Source: Myxococcota bacterium (GTDB taxonomy: Bacteria; Myxococcota_A; Polyangia; Nannocystales; Nannocystaceae). From it: a stretch of DNA of 64,000 nt. Positions 1-9,248 of this stretch are shown piece by piece. The DNA is taken from the NCBI GenBank assembly GCA_039028615.1, contig JBCCHT010000026.1, forward strand, positions 128,001 through 192,000. The letters are read 5' to 3'. The notes under the pieces are model-generated. The model saw only the letters and a program-made list of their open reading frames with translations, searched no databases and was not told where the DNA came from. Position 1 is the first letter of the stretch. The number at the start of each line of letters is the position of its first letter. Both the position numbers and the translations under genes were made by a program.

Positions 1-922
1 GTTCGTAGCTCGGCGGCGGATCGTGCTCGGGGTCGAACAGCCCCGCGATGCCGTGGAAGGGGCGGCGGCCGTAGAGCGCTTCGTACAGGCCCACACAGAA
101 GCTGAATTGGTCCGCGCGTGCGTCGGCGGGTTTGCCTCGTGCCTGCTCCGGGGCCATGTACGCGGGCGTCCCGAGCATCGTGCCCGTCTGCGTCAGCCGC
201 TGGTCCAGCGGGCGACTCGACGCGCTTCCTTGACCCGAGGCGGTGCCCGCGTTGCTCTGGAGCGTCGCCGCCATCGAGCGGAGACTGCGAGCTGCTTTCT
301 CTTGCTCTTCGTCGTCCAGGTCGGACAAGCCGCGCGCCAACCCGAAGTCGAGCACCCGCAGCCGCCCTTGCTCGTCGATGATGCAGTTGGCTGGCTTGAA
401 GTCGCGATGCACGATGCCCACCGCATGTGCGGCCGCGAGCCCGCGCCCTGCCTGCAAGTACACCTCGAGGCAGGTTCGCCACGGATGCGGCTGTTCATGC
501 CAGCTCCACAGCGTCTCGCCTCGCACCAGCTCCATCGCGATGAAGAGGCGCCCGTCGATCTCGCCCGTCTCGAAGACCTGCACCACGTTGGGGTGCGACA
601 GCTGGGCCAGGGCTTGGGCTTCTCGCAGCAGTCGCTTCTGGTGCCGCGTCCCCGCCGCTTCGTGCAGCACCTTGATCGCCACCGCTCGGTCGAGGCTCGG
701 GTCGTAGCCCTCCATCACCGTGCCCATCGCTCCTCGCCCCAAGCGTTGCTTGATCTGGAAGCGACCCAAGACCTCCGGCTGTGGCTCGGGTGTCTCGAAG
801 AGGCTCGCGAAGACTCGTTTTTGGTCGATCTTCGGCAGCAGGCGCGGGCTGGAACCGTCCTCCTCCGACGGCTTGGTCATGGCCGGGGGCAAGGAGTCGG
901 ACTCATCGAGCGTGGGCGGCAT
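1..922 (-). CDS. Ser/Thr protein kinase (Hanks type), N-terminal part; runs off the window edge
   Basis: Manual translation of the minus strand (absent from the ORF track): [36 protein letters not shown]. Start ATG 922; alternative in-frame ATG 1012. Confidence 0.9.
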   Translation of the reverse strand, partial: MPPTLDESDSLPPAMTKPSEEDGSSPRLLPKIDQKRVFASLFETPEPQPEVLGRFQIKQRLGRGAMGTVMEGYDPSLDRAVAIKVLHEAAGTRHQKRLLREAQALAQLSHPNVVQVFETGEIDGRLFIAMELVRGETLWSWHEQPHPWRTCLEVYLQAGRGLAAAHAVGIVHRDFKPANCIIDEQGRLRVLDFGLARGLSDLDDEEQEKAARSLRSMAATLQSNAGTASGQGSASSRPLDQRLTQTGTMLGTPAYMAPEQARGKPADARADQFSFCVGLYEALYGRRPFHGIAGLFDPEHDPPPSYE

Positions 923-1325
923 ATGGGCCAGCGACAATGGCGAGCGCGAGGGGGATCGGCGGACGCTGATGGTATCGGACGCAAGTGCGGCGATGCGATC
1001 GATAATGAACATCACGGACGTCTCGGGCGAGGTCGGTCGCCCAAGCAGTCCGCCCGGTTCCCGGTTCGTTCCCACGAACCGCCAATTGTCTCGATAACCG
1101 AGTTTTGGGGCCAAACCGCGTCGGAGGATCGAACTTGACCGGTCGATCCTCGACGACCCGAACGCGCACACTCGAACGACGACGGTCGCGTTCGTTCAGT
1201 AGCCGCCAAGACCCTGTTTCGCGTCGACCGAGCATCGCGAGCTCGGTCCGACGACCAAACCCGCGGACCCTCGCCGCGCCTCGCAGCCAAACGAGATGGG
1301 CACGGCGAGGGACCGCGGGTCGGGG

Positions 1326-3053
1326 CTACTGAAGGTACTCGGCGAAGCTCTCGTAGGGCTGAGCACCCACCACCAGGTGCTCATCCACGAAGAACGATGG
1401 CGTGCCATTGCCTCCCGAGGCGCGACAGATCTGCGACTCTCGCTCGATCCGCGCCTGCGTCTCGGCCGACTTCATGTCCGCCTCGAATCGCGCAACGTCG
1501 AGCTTCAGCTCGGTCGCAATCGCGATCATGTCTGCTTCGCTGCGTCGTTCGGGGCTGTCGAAGAGTCGCTCGTGCATCGCCCAGAACGCGCCCTGAGCAT
1601 GGGCGGCCACGCTCGCTCGCGCTGCGACCATCGCCCCGGGGTGCACCGCGAGCGGGTTGTGCAGCCACGCCACCGAAGCCTCGGGGTGCTCGTCGACCAC
1701 CTGATCGAGTGTCGCGCGGGCTTTGTTGCAGAACGGGCAATCGAACTCCGCACACTCCACCACCAGCTCGGTCGGGGCCTGGCCCTCCGTGCGCGTCGGG
1801 ACGTCGTGGGAGCGCACGTACTCCGTCGGGGTCGGCAGGTCCTCGGGTGCGTCGGACCGCTGCTGGTAGTCCTCCGCTGGAGCACCGTCGCCCGTCAGCA
1901 CCACGCCGATGTGCATCGTCTCCGCGTGCCCGGGGGGTACGGTCAGGGTCGCGCCCATGAGCAGGCCCTCGAGGCACGGTTTCAGCGAGTCATCGGGCTC
2001 GCCTTGCGACGTGACCTCCACCGACTCGATCACCGCGTGGCCGTCGTCGTCGGGCATCGCCGTCTGCAGTGACAGTTGCACCCGGTCGTACGGTCCCAGC
2101 GGGTAGTCGTCGAGACAGGAGCCGAACGAGGGTAGCCCCGAGAACTCCGGGGCACACCCGCCGCCGCAGCCCGGCTCGGGTGGGCACTCACCGTCGCAGC
2201 TCGGCTCCGGGCACGTGCCGTCGCAGCCCGGCTCCGCATCGCTCGGCGTGGGCGCAGGCGGCATCGCGGCCTCCGCTGGGGCCTGCGTCGTTCTTGCCGT
2301 CGGACCGCCGGGTCGGCTCGCCGGTCGTGCCTGCGCCGTGGGTGCCCCGTCGGCCGAGGCCGCTTTGGCCACCGAAGGCTCCGAGCCATCGGCTTCGCCC
2401 ACGCTCGTGAATGCCACCGCCAAGGCGCCGGCCGTCAGCAGTCCGGCGCCCGTCCATTTCAACATCGTCGTCTTGATCATCGAGGGTTCTCCTGGCGATG
2501 AGCCCGACGAAGGAAGGGGCAAGGCGAACACTGCAGCCATCCCGCAGGTCCACGTCGCCCGATCCTCGTAGCGCTCGTCGAGTGTCCTCCGCATGCGGCG
2601 GAGACCTTCCTGCACCCGCCAGCGAATCGTGCCAGCGGGACAGCCCTCGGAGCGTGCGATGTCGGCCGCCGTGCGGTCCTCGAAGAACTTTGCCTCCAAT
2701 ACCCGTCGATACGGTGCGTCGAGCGTGGCCAGTGCCTCGTGCAGGGCACCGACCATCTCCGCTCGCGCCGTCGCATCCTCGACGCCCTCCGTCGCGTCCA
2801 CGGTGTCCATCACTTGCTCACGAGTTCGGCGACGAATCGTGCGACGAGTGAAGGCCCGGTGCTCGTTGCGAAGCACCTGCCGCAACCACGGACGCAAGCT
2901 CCGCGGGCGCGTGGACTGACTGAGGGCGTTGACCATGGCTTGTTGAGCAATGTCTTCGGCGTCATCGCTTCTCACCAACTGGCGGGCCAGCGACCGCAAG
3001 GCCTCGGCCTGCCCGGCGAGCTCCGAGCGAAAGTCGACGTTTGGCTGCGTCAT
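1326..3053 (-). CDS. ECF sigma-70 factor fused via a TM helix to a DsbA/thioredoxin domain
   Basis: Sigma region 2 (AEDIAQQAM...WLRQVLRN), region 4 (AADIARSEGCPAGTIRWRVQEG), hydrophobic segment (GAGLLTAGALAVAF), C-terminal EFDCPFC...NGTPSFFVD. Start taken at MTQPNVD. Confidence 0.85.
   Translation of the reverse strand: MTQPNVDFRSELAGQAEALRSLARQLVRSDDAEDIAQQAMVNALSQSTRPRSLRPWLRQVLRNEHRAFTRRTIRRRTREQVMDTVDATEGVEDATARAEMVGALHEALATLDAPYRRVLEAKFFEDRTAADIARSEGCPAGTIRWRVQEGLRRMRRTLDERYEDRATWTCGMAAVFALPLPSSGSSPGEPSMIKTTMLKWTGAGLLTAGALAVAFTSVGEADGSEPSVAKAASADGAPTAQARPASRPGGPTARTTQAPAEAAMPPAPTPSDAEPGCDGTCPEPSCDGECPPEPGCGGGCAPEFSGLPSFGSCLDDYPLGPYDRVQLSLQTAMPDDDGHAVIESVEVTSQGEPDDSLKPCLEGLLMGATLTVPPGHAETMHIGVVLTGDGAPAEDYQQRSDAPEDLPTPTEYVRSHDVPTRTEGQAPTELVVECAEFDCPFCNKARATLDQVVDEHPEASVAWLHNPLAVHPGAMVAARASVAAHAQGAFWAMHERLFDSPERRSEADMIAIATELKLDVARFEADMKSAETQARIERESQICRASGGNGTPSFFVDEHLVVGAQPYESFAEYLQ
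2146..2235 (-). repeat. Three tandem EPxCxGxC peptide repeats inside the sigma-DsbA protein
   Basis: EPGCDGTCP-EPSCDGECPP-EPGCGGGCAPE. Confidence 0.7.
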
Positions 3054-3182
3054 CGTTTCGTCGGGCTCGATGCCGCCGGGGCGGGAAGTGATGGCTTTGG
3101 AAGACACTTTTTGTGGGGTCAACGGTGCGACGGGGCGTATTGTCGCGGATTTCTTGGCGAAAATCCGACCCGCTCGGTCTCG

Positions 3183-3803
3183 TTAGAGCGTCGGCCACAC
3201 CGCGGCCGCCATCCCACACGCGACCTGCGCTCTCTTCAGTGCGTTCGCCGTCGCATTTCCGGTACCGGCGCGGTGGAACTTGCCCTTGCGGATCTCGTAA
3301 ACGAGGCAGTAGCTCGGGTGAGCTTGGCCTGCCGGGTTGACCGACGTCATGTAGTGGTGGAGCAGCGTCGCCATCGTCTTGCCGACCCCGCGAGCGAGAG
3401 GTTCCTGGTTGGGGTAGAGCTTCAGCGCGCCCTTGCCCTTGGGGCCATCGAGCAGCACATCGGGGAATACCGAGATGTCCACCCCGTGGTAGTGCCAGTA
3501 TTTCTGCTTGGCGTTCGGTCGCTGCTTGAGCACCTTGACTCCCTTCGGAAGTTTGAATGGCTGCGCCTTGAAGGCGTTCACCACCGCTTGCTCGTGGGGG
3601 CGAAGTGCTCGTCCGCCTGGTTTGCCGTTCTTGAGGAGGCCGACCAAGTGGTGGAGTGCATTGACATAGCCGAGCATGGGACCCGACCGAGGGTATTTGT
3701 GGCCGGTGAGGATCGTCTGCTGGGCCATCGGAGTATGCGGCGCCATCAGCTTGGCGAGCGAGGAGAAGGTCAAACGAGGCGTGGTGTGGATCTTGGTCGG
3801 CAT
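3183..3803 (-). CDS. Basic hypothetical protein, possible degenerate PD-(D/E)XK fold
   Basis: 206 aa, Lys/Arg/His-rich; VDISVFPDVLL...GALKLY resembles nuclease motifs II/III; 16 bp downstream of the caspase gene. Confidence 0.7.
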   Translation of the reverse strand: MPTKIHTTPRLTFSSLAKLMAPHTPMAQQTILTGHKYPRSGPMLGYVNALHHLVGLLKNGKPGGRALRPHEQAVVNAFKAQPFKLPKGVKVLKQRPNAKQKYWHYHGVDISVFPDVLLDGPKGKGALKLYPNQEPLARGVGKTMATLLHHYMTSVNPAGQAHPSYCLVYEIRKGKFHRAGTGNATANALKRAQVACGMAAAVWPTL

Positions 3804-3819
3804 GATCGAGTTCGGTTCG

Positions 3820-5709
3820 TCAGGGTCGTGGGTCGAGCTCGAAGTCGATGCGACCCATGGTCCATTGCTCCGAGACGGTGAAGGGCCGATGCATCGCTCC
3901 CCGATTGGGAGACGGGACGGCCAGGTTCAGCCCCTGTGCCGCGAACGCGGTTGGATCGTCCGGAGACGGGGGCGTGATCAGGTGACCCATTGCGATGGGT
4001 CTTCGGCTTGCGAGGATGAGCAGCTGTTGTGCGCGTGGATGATCCTTGGGAACACGGGCCGGCCAGCGGCAGGTCAGGCCCTGACGTCGTCGATGGGCCC
4101 GTCGCCCCACGTAGCGCCGCGCTCCGGGGCGGAGTTCCATCCCCTCGGGCTCGTGCGTGTTGAGGAGGTTCAGCCGTCCTTCGACGCTGAGTTCCAGCAC
4201 GGATGCGAACCACTGGCGGGGAGTCGTTCCGCGGTGCTCGAGGGCGATCCAGAGTCGGCTCCCGGCCCGAACGCGAGGGAGGCTGGCGCCCGTCGGCAAA
4301 GTACTCGGCAAGGAAATGGCCTCGCCGTCGGGTCCGAGCACACCCCAGCTCCAGGTTACGTCCGTGCTGGTCGCGGCATGGGGCGAAGCGGTGGCGAGCG
4401 AATCCAGCAGTCGTCGAGCGCGAGCTCGGTCTTCGAGCAGGGTGATGAGTTCCGGTCGGGTGGCGTGCTCGTCGGGAAAGTCGAGCCACAGCGGACGTCC
4501 GCGATCGTCGAAGACATCGAGGGTCGTGCTCGAGTTCGCCGTTGGCTGCAGCGAGGCGATGCGGGCATCCTCGGTGGGCGCGATTGGCCGCACGAGGCCC
4601 GAGGTCTCCAACGTTGCGTGTAGCTCCCGGTCGTCGTGCACGGTCACTGGAATGCGCCGATCGAGCCGCTGCACGATGGCCGACGCCCCCGCCACGGGCC
4701 GTGCGGTCGCGTTGGACAGCACGACCTCGCTGCTGTCGAGATCGACCCGTACGACCTCGGCTTCGGCCTCGAACCGGTGTCGTCCGTCTGCATGGAGCTC
4801 GAGCGCCGCGATGCCCCAGCGGTCGCCCGTATGCACGCCCTGCAGCATTCCCGCCCGAATCCAACCGCGGCCAGGCGTGCTCGCGGGGATGAACGCGGCG
4901 CTGTAGGGCACGGGGGCGGCCGCGGTGGACAGCAAGAGGCGATGCCTCGGTCCCGCCAAGACCACCCGCTGTTCTTCGGTCCCTCGATGACGACTCGCCT
5001 GCTCTCGGGCTCGATGCGCCACCGTGTCCCAGGTGACGCGATCGCAGCGAAGGCCTGCTTCTCGAACGGTCTCGACGAAGGAGCGAGTCAGCAGGCCATA
5101 CAGGCCCGCCGTCGTCTCGTCCGCGTACGCATGGCGCAACGCGGACGAACCGAACAGACGCACGATTCGCGGGTGCCCTTCGGTCGCCAGCAGCAGCGGC
5201 GGCGCCGTTTGCTCGTGGTACTGGTCATCGAGCTCGGTGACCCACGCGGGCGGGGCTACGGTGGGGACCCAGTCGTCACGCACGGTCGCTGCGGCATGGC
5301 AACAGTCGATGATTGCGGTGACGTTGCGACAAGTGTGATCGAGCCGAGTCAGACCATCGGACAGCTCGATATCGAGCAGCCCCACCCGCTGTCGTGAACC
5401 CTGCGGTCGAAGGGTCGCCAGATAAAACACGACCCGCTGCCCGAGGTCTCCACGGAGGCCCGAGAACTTCACCGCGCCGCCGTGACCGAAGAAGTAGAAC
5501 AAGCACGCATCGCCTGGTTGGCAGGCCGACACCATGGCCGTCAGGGCGGCGAGAACTCGGGAGCGAGTCGCGTCTGGCCCCGTGCACAGGGTGAGCGTCC
5601 AGCCGCCGAGATCCTGCAAAAGCGCCGCGATGGCCCCGCTGCCCGCCTCTGGCTGGAGCTCTCCAGAAATGGCCCGTTCGGGCACCCCGACGATGAGTGC
5701 GTGTTTCAT
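3820..5709 (-). CDS. Caspase-family (peptidase C14) protease with C-terminal extension, PCaspase-like
   Basis: KHALIVGV start, LFYFFGHGG (His76), IIDCCH (Cys137), GLLTRSF; DUF4384-like beta-rich C-terminus. Confidence 0.9.
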   Translation of the reverse strand: MKHALIVGVPERAISGELQPEAGSGAIAALLQDLGGWTLTLCTGPDATRSRVLAALTAMVSACQPGDACLFYFFGHGGAVKFSGLRGDLGQRVVFYLATLRPQGSRQRVGLLDIELSDGLTRLDHTCRNVTAIIDCCHAAATVRDDWVPTVAPPAWVTELDDQYHEQTAPPLLLATEGHPRIVRLFGSSALRHAYADETTAGLYGLLTRSFVETVREAGLRCDRVTWDTVAHRAREQASRHRGTEEQRVVLAGPRHRLLLSTAAAPVPYSAAFIPASTPGRGWIRAGMLQGVHTGDRWGIAALELHADGRHRFEAEAEVVRVDLDSSEVVLSNATARPVAGASAIVQRLDRRIPVTVHDDRELHATLETSGLVRPIAPTEDARIASLQPTANSSTTLDVFDDRGRPLWLDFPDEHATRPELITLLEDRARARRLLDSLATASPHAATSTDVTWSWGVLGPDGEAISLPSTLPTGASLPRVRAGSRLWIALEHRGTTPRQWFASVLELSVEGRLNLLNTHEPEGMELRPGARRYVGRRAHRRRQGLTCRWPARVPKDHPRAQQLLILASRRPIAMGHLITPPSPDDPTAFAAQGLNLAVPSPNRGAMHRPFTVSEQWTMGRIDFELDPRP

Positions 5710-5721
5710 CTTCCCCGCCGA

Positions 5722-5913
5722 CTACCGAGTGGAGCCATCGAGGCAGTAGTTGCAGGGGTCGTAGCCAGCGCGCCCGGCTTCGGAGCGTGTACGGAAATAG
5801 GTGCGTTGTTTGATCTTCTCGAGCTGGCAGCCCGACTTCCGGTTCTGCGGATAGTGGTACTCTTTGGTGTTCTGATTGCCGAGATACGGGTATGGGGTGG
5901 ATTGAATCGCCAT
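5722..5913 (-). CDS. Stand-alone Ada-type metal (Zn)-binding domain protein
   Basis: 63 aa: YLGNQNTKEYH...C...YFRTRSEAGRAGYDPCNYC matches the Ada_Zn_binding pattern; 12 bp upstream of the caspase. Confidence 0.8.
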   Translation of the reverse strand: MAIQSTPYPYLGNQNTKEYHYPQNRKSGCQLEKIKQRTYFRTRSEAGRAGYDPCNYCLDGSTR

Positions 5914-6031
5914 TGCAGCGACGGTGTCGACATCGCTAGAGTCGGTCCGTCGTTTCCGAAATACGAACCCGTGAGTTAGCTCCGCGAAAAGTCATGGACC
6001 GTTTCGATGTTCTCGACACTGAGTCGGGCGC

Positions 6032-8686
6032 ATGGCCAAGCGGCGACGATTGCGATCGGTGACGAGCCGTCGGTTGAACCACGACCAGTCGTCGGGTGAA
6101 GCTGGCGATAGCGCCGTGACCGACGACTTCGATCAGGCGGCTGGGGACGAGGGGACCTTGGATTCTCTCCCACCGGCCATCGCTCAGCTCGGTGTCGACG
6201 TCCAGGCCGAGTACGTGCGAGCACGCGAGCGCTTGGGCCTCGGAGAAGGCCTCGGCTCACGAGGGCTGGAGGTCGGCCGCTACCGTCTCGAAGAGCAGAT
6301 CGGTCATGGCGGCATGGGCATCGTCTATCGGGCGCACGACCCGGAGCTCGATCGACCGATCGCGATCAAGCTGGTGCAGGCCAAGCCCTTTGCGCAGCCC
6401 GACAAGCTTCGTCGGCGACTGCTGCGGGAGGCCAAGGTGCTCGCCAAGCTCACGCACCCCAATGTCGTGCGCGTCTATGACTGTGGCGAGCACGATGGCG
6501 AGGTGTTCTTGGCGATGGAGTTCGTCGAGGGGACGACTCTGCGGGACTGGCAAGAAGGCAAGCCGCGCCGCGCCGTGCTGGAGGCGTACGAGAAGGCAGC
6601 CCGAGGCCTCGCGGCGGCGCACGAGCTGGGGGTCATCCATCGGGACTTCAAACCCGACAACGTATTGGTGGCCAACGATGGTCGAGTGCTGGTGGGTGAC
6701 TTCGGGTTGGCGGGTCTCGTCGCCAGCGAGCCGATGCGCGGGGCTGGAGTTCAGCCCGCTGTGTCCGCGAGCGGGCGCATGTCGGCGACGCGAACGGGGA
6801 GCCTGCTCGGGACTCCGATGTACATGGCGCCCGAGCAGCTCCGGGGCGACGCTGCGACACCGCAGAGCGACCAGTTTGGGTTCTGCGTGGCGCTGTGGGA
6901 GGCGCTGACTGGATCGAGGCCGTTCGAGGCGGAGCAGGCGATCGTGTTGCTGCAGCGGATCGAGGAAGGCCGGCCAAAGGCGGTGGCGGAGGTGCCTCGG
7001 CGGCTTCGGGCTCGGTTGTTGCGGGGGCTATCGGCGGATCCGCAGGCTCGGTTCGAAGAGCTGAGCGAGCTGGCGGATAGGCTGCTGCCGCGACCGCGGA
7101 TGGTGGTGCTGGGATCGGCGCTGGGGCTCTCGTTGGTGGTCGGGCTGGTCGTTGGGAACGAGATGGCCAAGGAGCCCGAGCCCGAGTGCGAACTGGCGGC
7201 CAAGGCCGAAGAGGTTGGCGACCTTCCGGGCTGGAATGCCATCGAGACCATACTGTCTGGCGATCTGAGTCCATACCACAGGCGCCTCCGCCGTCGGTTC
7301 GACATGATGGAAGAGCAGGCCGCAACACTTTGTAGGTCGGTCGGGAACGTCTCCGAGATGGGCGCTCGTGACGAGCTGGGACGGCGATTCGAGTATCTTG
7401 AGAGCATCGTAACTAGCTCTTGGAAGCCGAAGGAACTGACTTCCATCATCATGGAGTTTGACGAGGGGGCTTGGAGGGAACCGCCTCCCCGACCTATTGC
7501 CCGCGAGGTCACTGTGCCCTTGCAGAGTGCGCGCATCAAACAGCTCGGTGGAATTGCCGATGCCGAGTCGGGCTACGAGGGGACTCCATCGGAAGTCGCA
7601 GAAGGAGCGGTCGTTGCGTCTGGAAGCAAAGACCTCGAGCTGGCGATTGCCAAGCGATGGAAAGGTCGATTCCTAGCACTTGAAGGCGATCATCAGGCCG
7701 CCAAGGCTAACTTTCGCGAGGCGGTGATGCACGCCGACGTTGCAGACTACGACGACGCGCGTATGGAGGCCCGGCTCATGATGGCCAAAACCATGATCAT
7801 GCGGCTAGGAGACGATGTTCGGGGTCTCGAGGACCTCGAGTATGCGTACGCGTTGATGCGAAAACACCACGAACCTTGGCTCAGCCCACGGAGGGCCCAA
7901 TACGAGGAGTTGCTATCGTCGGTTCTCAAGCAGCGTCAGGATTGCCGCCTGGCGCCCGCTCTTTGGCACCAGACGCATGCCTTGATCATTCGCCATTTGA
8001 GTGGAGACCTCCAGGCGCAATCGATGGGGCATATGAACCTGGCCCGTGTCTATGAGCTGTGCGGCCCTTCGCCCGAGCAGGAACGGCGCCATCTCCGTAT
8101 AGCCGTGGAGCTAGTGGAGAAACTACCTGGGAGCGCTGAACGAACGCAGGCGGCATTCGCCTTCGGTCATTGGCTGGCTGGGAACGGGAATGAATCCGAA
8201 ATGCCCCTCGCTGCGAGATTCCTCGAGGAGGCTCGGGCCAACCCGGACGTGGAGTCCTTCGCGCTATCCGACCTCATCATTCTCGCCGTGCATAACGGCC
8301 AGGACAAGAGGGCCGTACGCCTGGGAAACGAGCTTCAGACCGTGCTCGAGACCAGACCCCCAACGCTCCCGTCGAAGCGACGCGAAGCGTGGAGCATCGT
8401 CGCGATGACGTACGCCCTGGTTGGAAATGTAGAGGCATTCGACGGCGCTCGGCAGCGGTTTCTACAGGAGCGCGAACGTGACCCTTCCGTAGCATCCGAT
8501 CGTCAGCTCATTCGCCTGGATCTGATGGCTGCCGATTTCCTCCGTGAAGAGCGCCCACAGCGAGCCCGAGCTCTCGCGAAATCAACTCTCGCGATCGCAG
8601 CCTCTCTGCCCGGATCAGGTGAAGATGAAGATTTCATTCAAGAGGCCAAGGAGCTGATCGCATCGACCGAGGGACTCGAACACTAG
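6032..8686 (+). CDS. Ser/Thr protein kinase with TM segment and helical TPR-like C-terminus
   Basis: IGHGGMG, IAIK, HRDFKPDN, DFGLA, GTPMYMAPEQ; TM VVLGSALGLSLVVGLVVG. Confidence 0.92.
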   Translation: MAKRRRLRSVTSRRLNHDQSSGEAGDSAVTDDFDQAAGDEGTLDSLPPAIAQLGVDVQAEYVRARERLGLGEGLGSRGLEVGRYRLEEQIGHGGMGIVYRAHDPELDRPIAIKLVQAKPFAQPDKLRRRLLREAKVLAKLTHPNVVRVYDCGEHDGEVFLAMEFVEGTTLRDWQEGKPRRAVLEAYEKAARGLAAAHELGVIHRDFKPDNVLVANDGRVLVGDFGLAGLVASEPMRGAGVQPAVSASGRMSATRTGSLLGTPMYMAPEQLRGDAATPQSDQFGFCVALWEALTGSRPFEAEQAIVLLQRIEEGRPKAVAEVPRRLRARLLRGLSADPQARFEELSELADRLLPRPRMVVLGSALGLSLVVGLVVGNEMAKEPEPECELAAKAEEVGDLPGWNAIETILSGDLSPYHRRLRRRFDMMEEQAATLCRSVGNVSEMGARDELGRRFEYLESIVTSSWKPKELTSIIMEFDEGAWREPPPRPIAREVTVPLQSARIKQLGGIADAESGYEGTPSEVAEGAVVASGSKDLELAIAKRWKGRFLALEGDHQAAKANFREAVMHADVADYDDARMEARLMMAKTMIMRLGDDVRGLEDLEYAYALMRKHHEPWLSPRRAQYEELLSSVLKQRQDCRLAPALWHQTHALIIRHLSGDLQAQSMGHMNLARVYELCGPSPEQERRHLRIAVELVEKLPGSAERTQAAFAFGHWLAGNGNESEMPLAARFLEEARANPDVESFALSDLIILAVHNGQDKRAVRLGNELQTVLETRPPTLPSKRREAWSIVAMTYALVGNVEAFDGARQRFLQERERDPSVASDRQLIRLDLMAADFLREERPQRARALAKSTLAIAASLPGSGEDEDFIQEAKELIASTEGLEH

Positions 8687-8776
8687 ATCTCCGATCACTC
8701 TCTTTCCGACTACACACTCGACCACGAACAACAACAACCGTTCACGCTTCGCGTGAGCGCAGGAACACTCGTACCT

Positions 8777-9187
8777 ATGTCCACACCTCTCATCGTCACC
8801 AATGTCACCCCCGTCGATCTGAGCGGTCTCGTCAACGAGGCCAAAGAACTCCAGATACAGCACTCCAGCGCTTGCCTGTCCGATCACGGCCAGCAGCTGA
8901 ATGCCGAACATCGCGATCTCAATGCACCGACTGGCACTGTCCGTATCAAGATCGAGGATTTCGCTAGCCAAGGCGAGAACTGGCAAATCTCCGTCTCTCA
9001 CCAAGAGAGCGGAGTGCCCAGCACGTGGCCTCGCAACGGTAACCACGCCTATCATGACTTCAATGCCATGACCGATGCGCTGGAGGTCGACGTGGTCGCC
9101 ACGAGCACCGGTTCGCCGAGCGCTTCGAAGACGCGCAAGATTTGGATCAAGACCACTTCGGTCGATGGCCAGCCCGATCGCCCATAG
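8777..9187 (+). CDS. Small hypothetical protein (136 aa, beta-rich)
   Basis: ATG 8777 preceded by AGGAAC; lies between the kinase and sigma on the same strand. Confidence 0.7.
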   Translation: MSTPLIVTNVTPVDLSGLVNEAKELQIQHSSACLSDHGQQLNAEHRDLNAPTGTVRIKIEDFASQGENWQISVSHQESGVPSTWPRNGNHAYHDFNAMTDALEVDVVATSTGSPSASKTRKIWIKTTSVDGQPDRP

Positions 9188-9248
9188 CGCGGCCGGGGTG
9201 CTCGCCCTCGCCTATCGGGGGAGTCGTGGACGTGCTAGAAGCGCGAAC

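Noticed and set aside
23..1138. 371-aa plus-strand ORF
   Set aside because: Antisense shadow of the minus-strand kinase.
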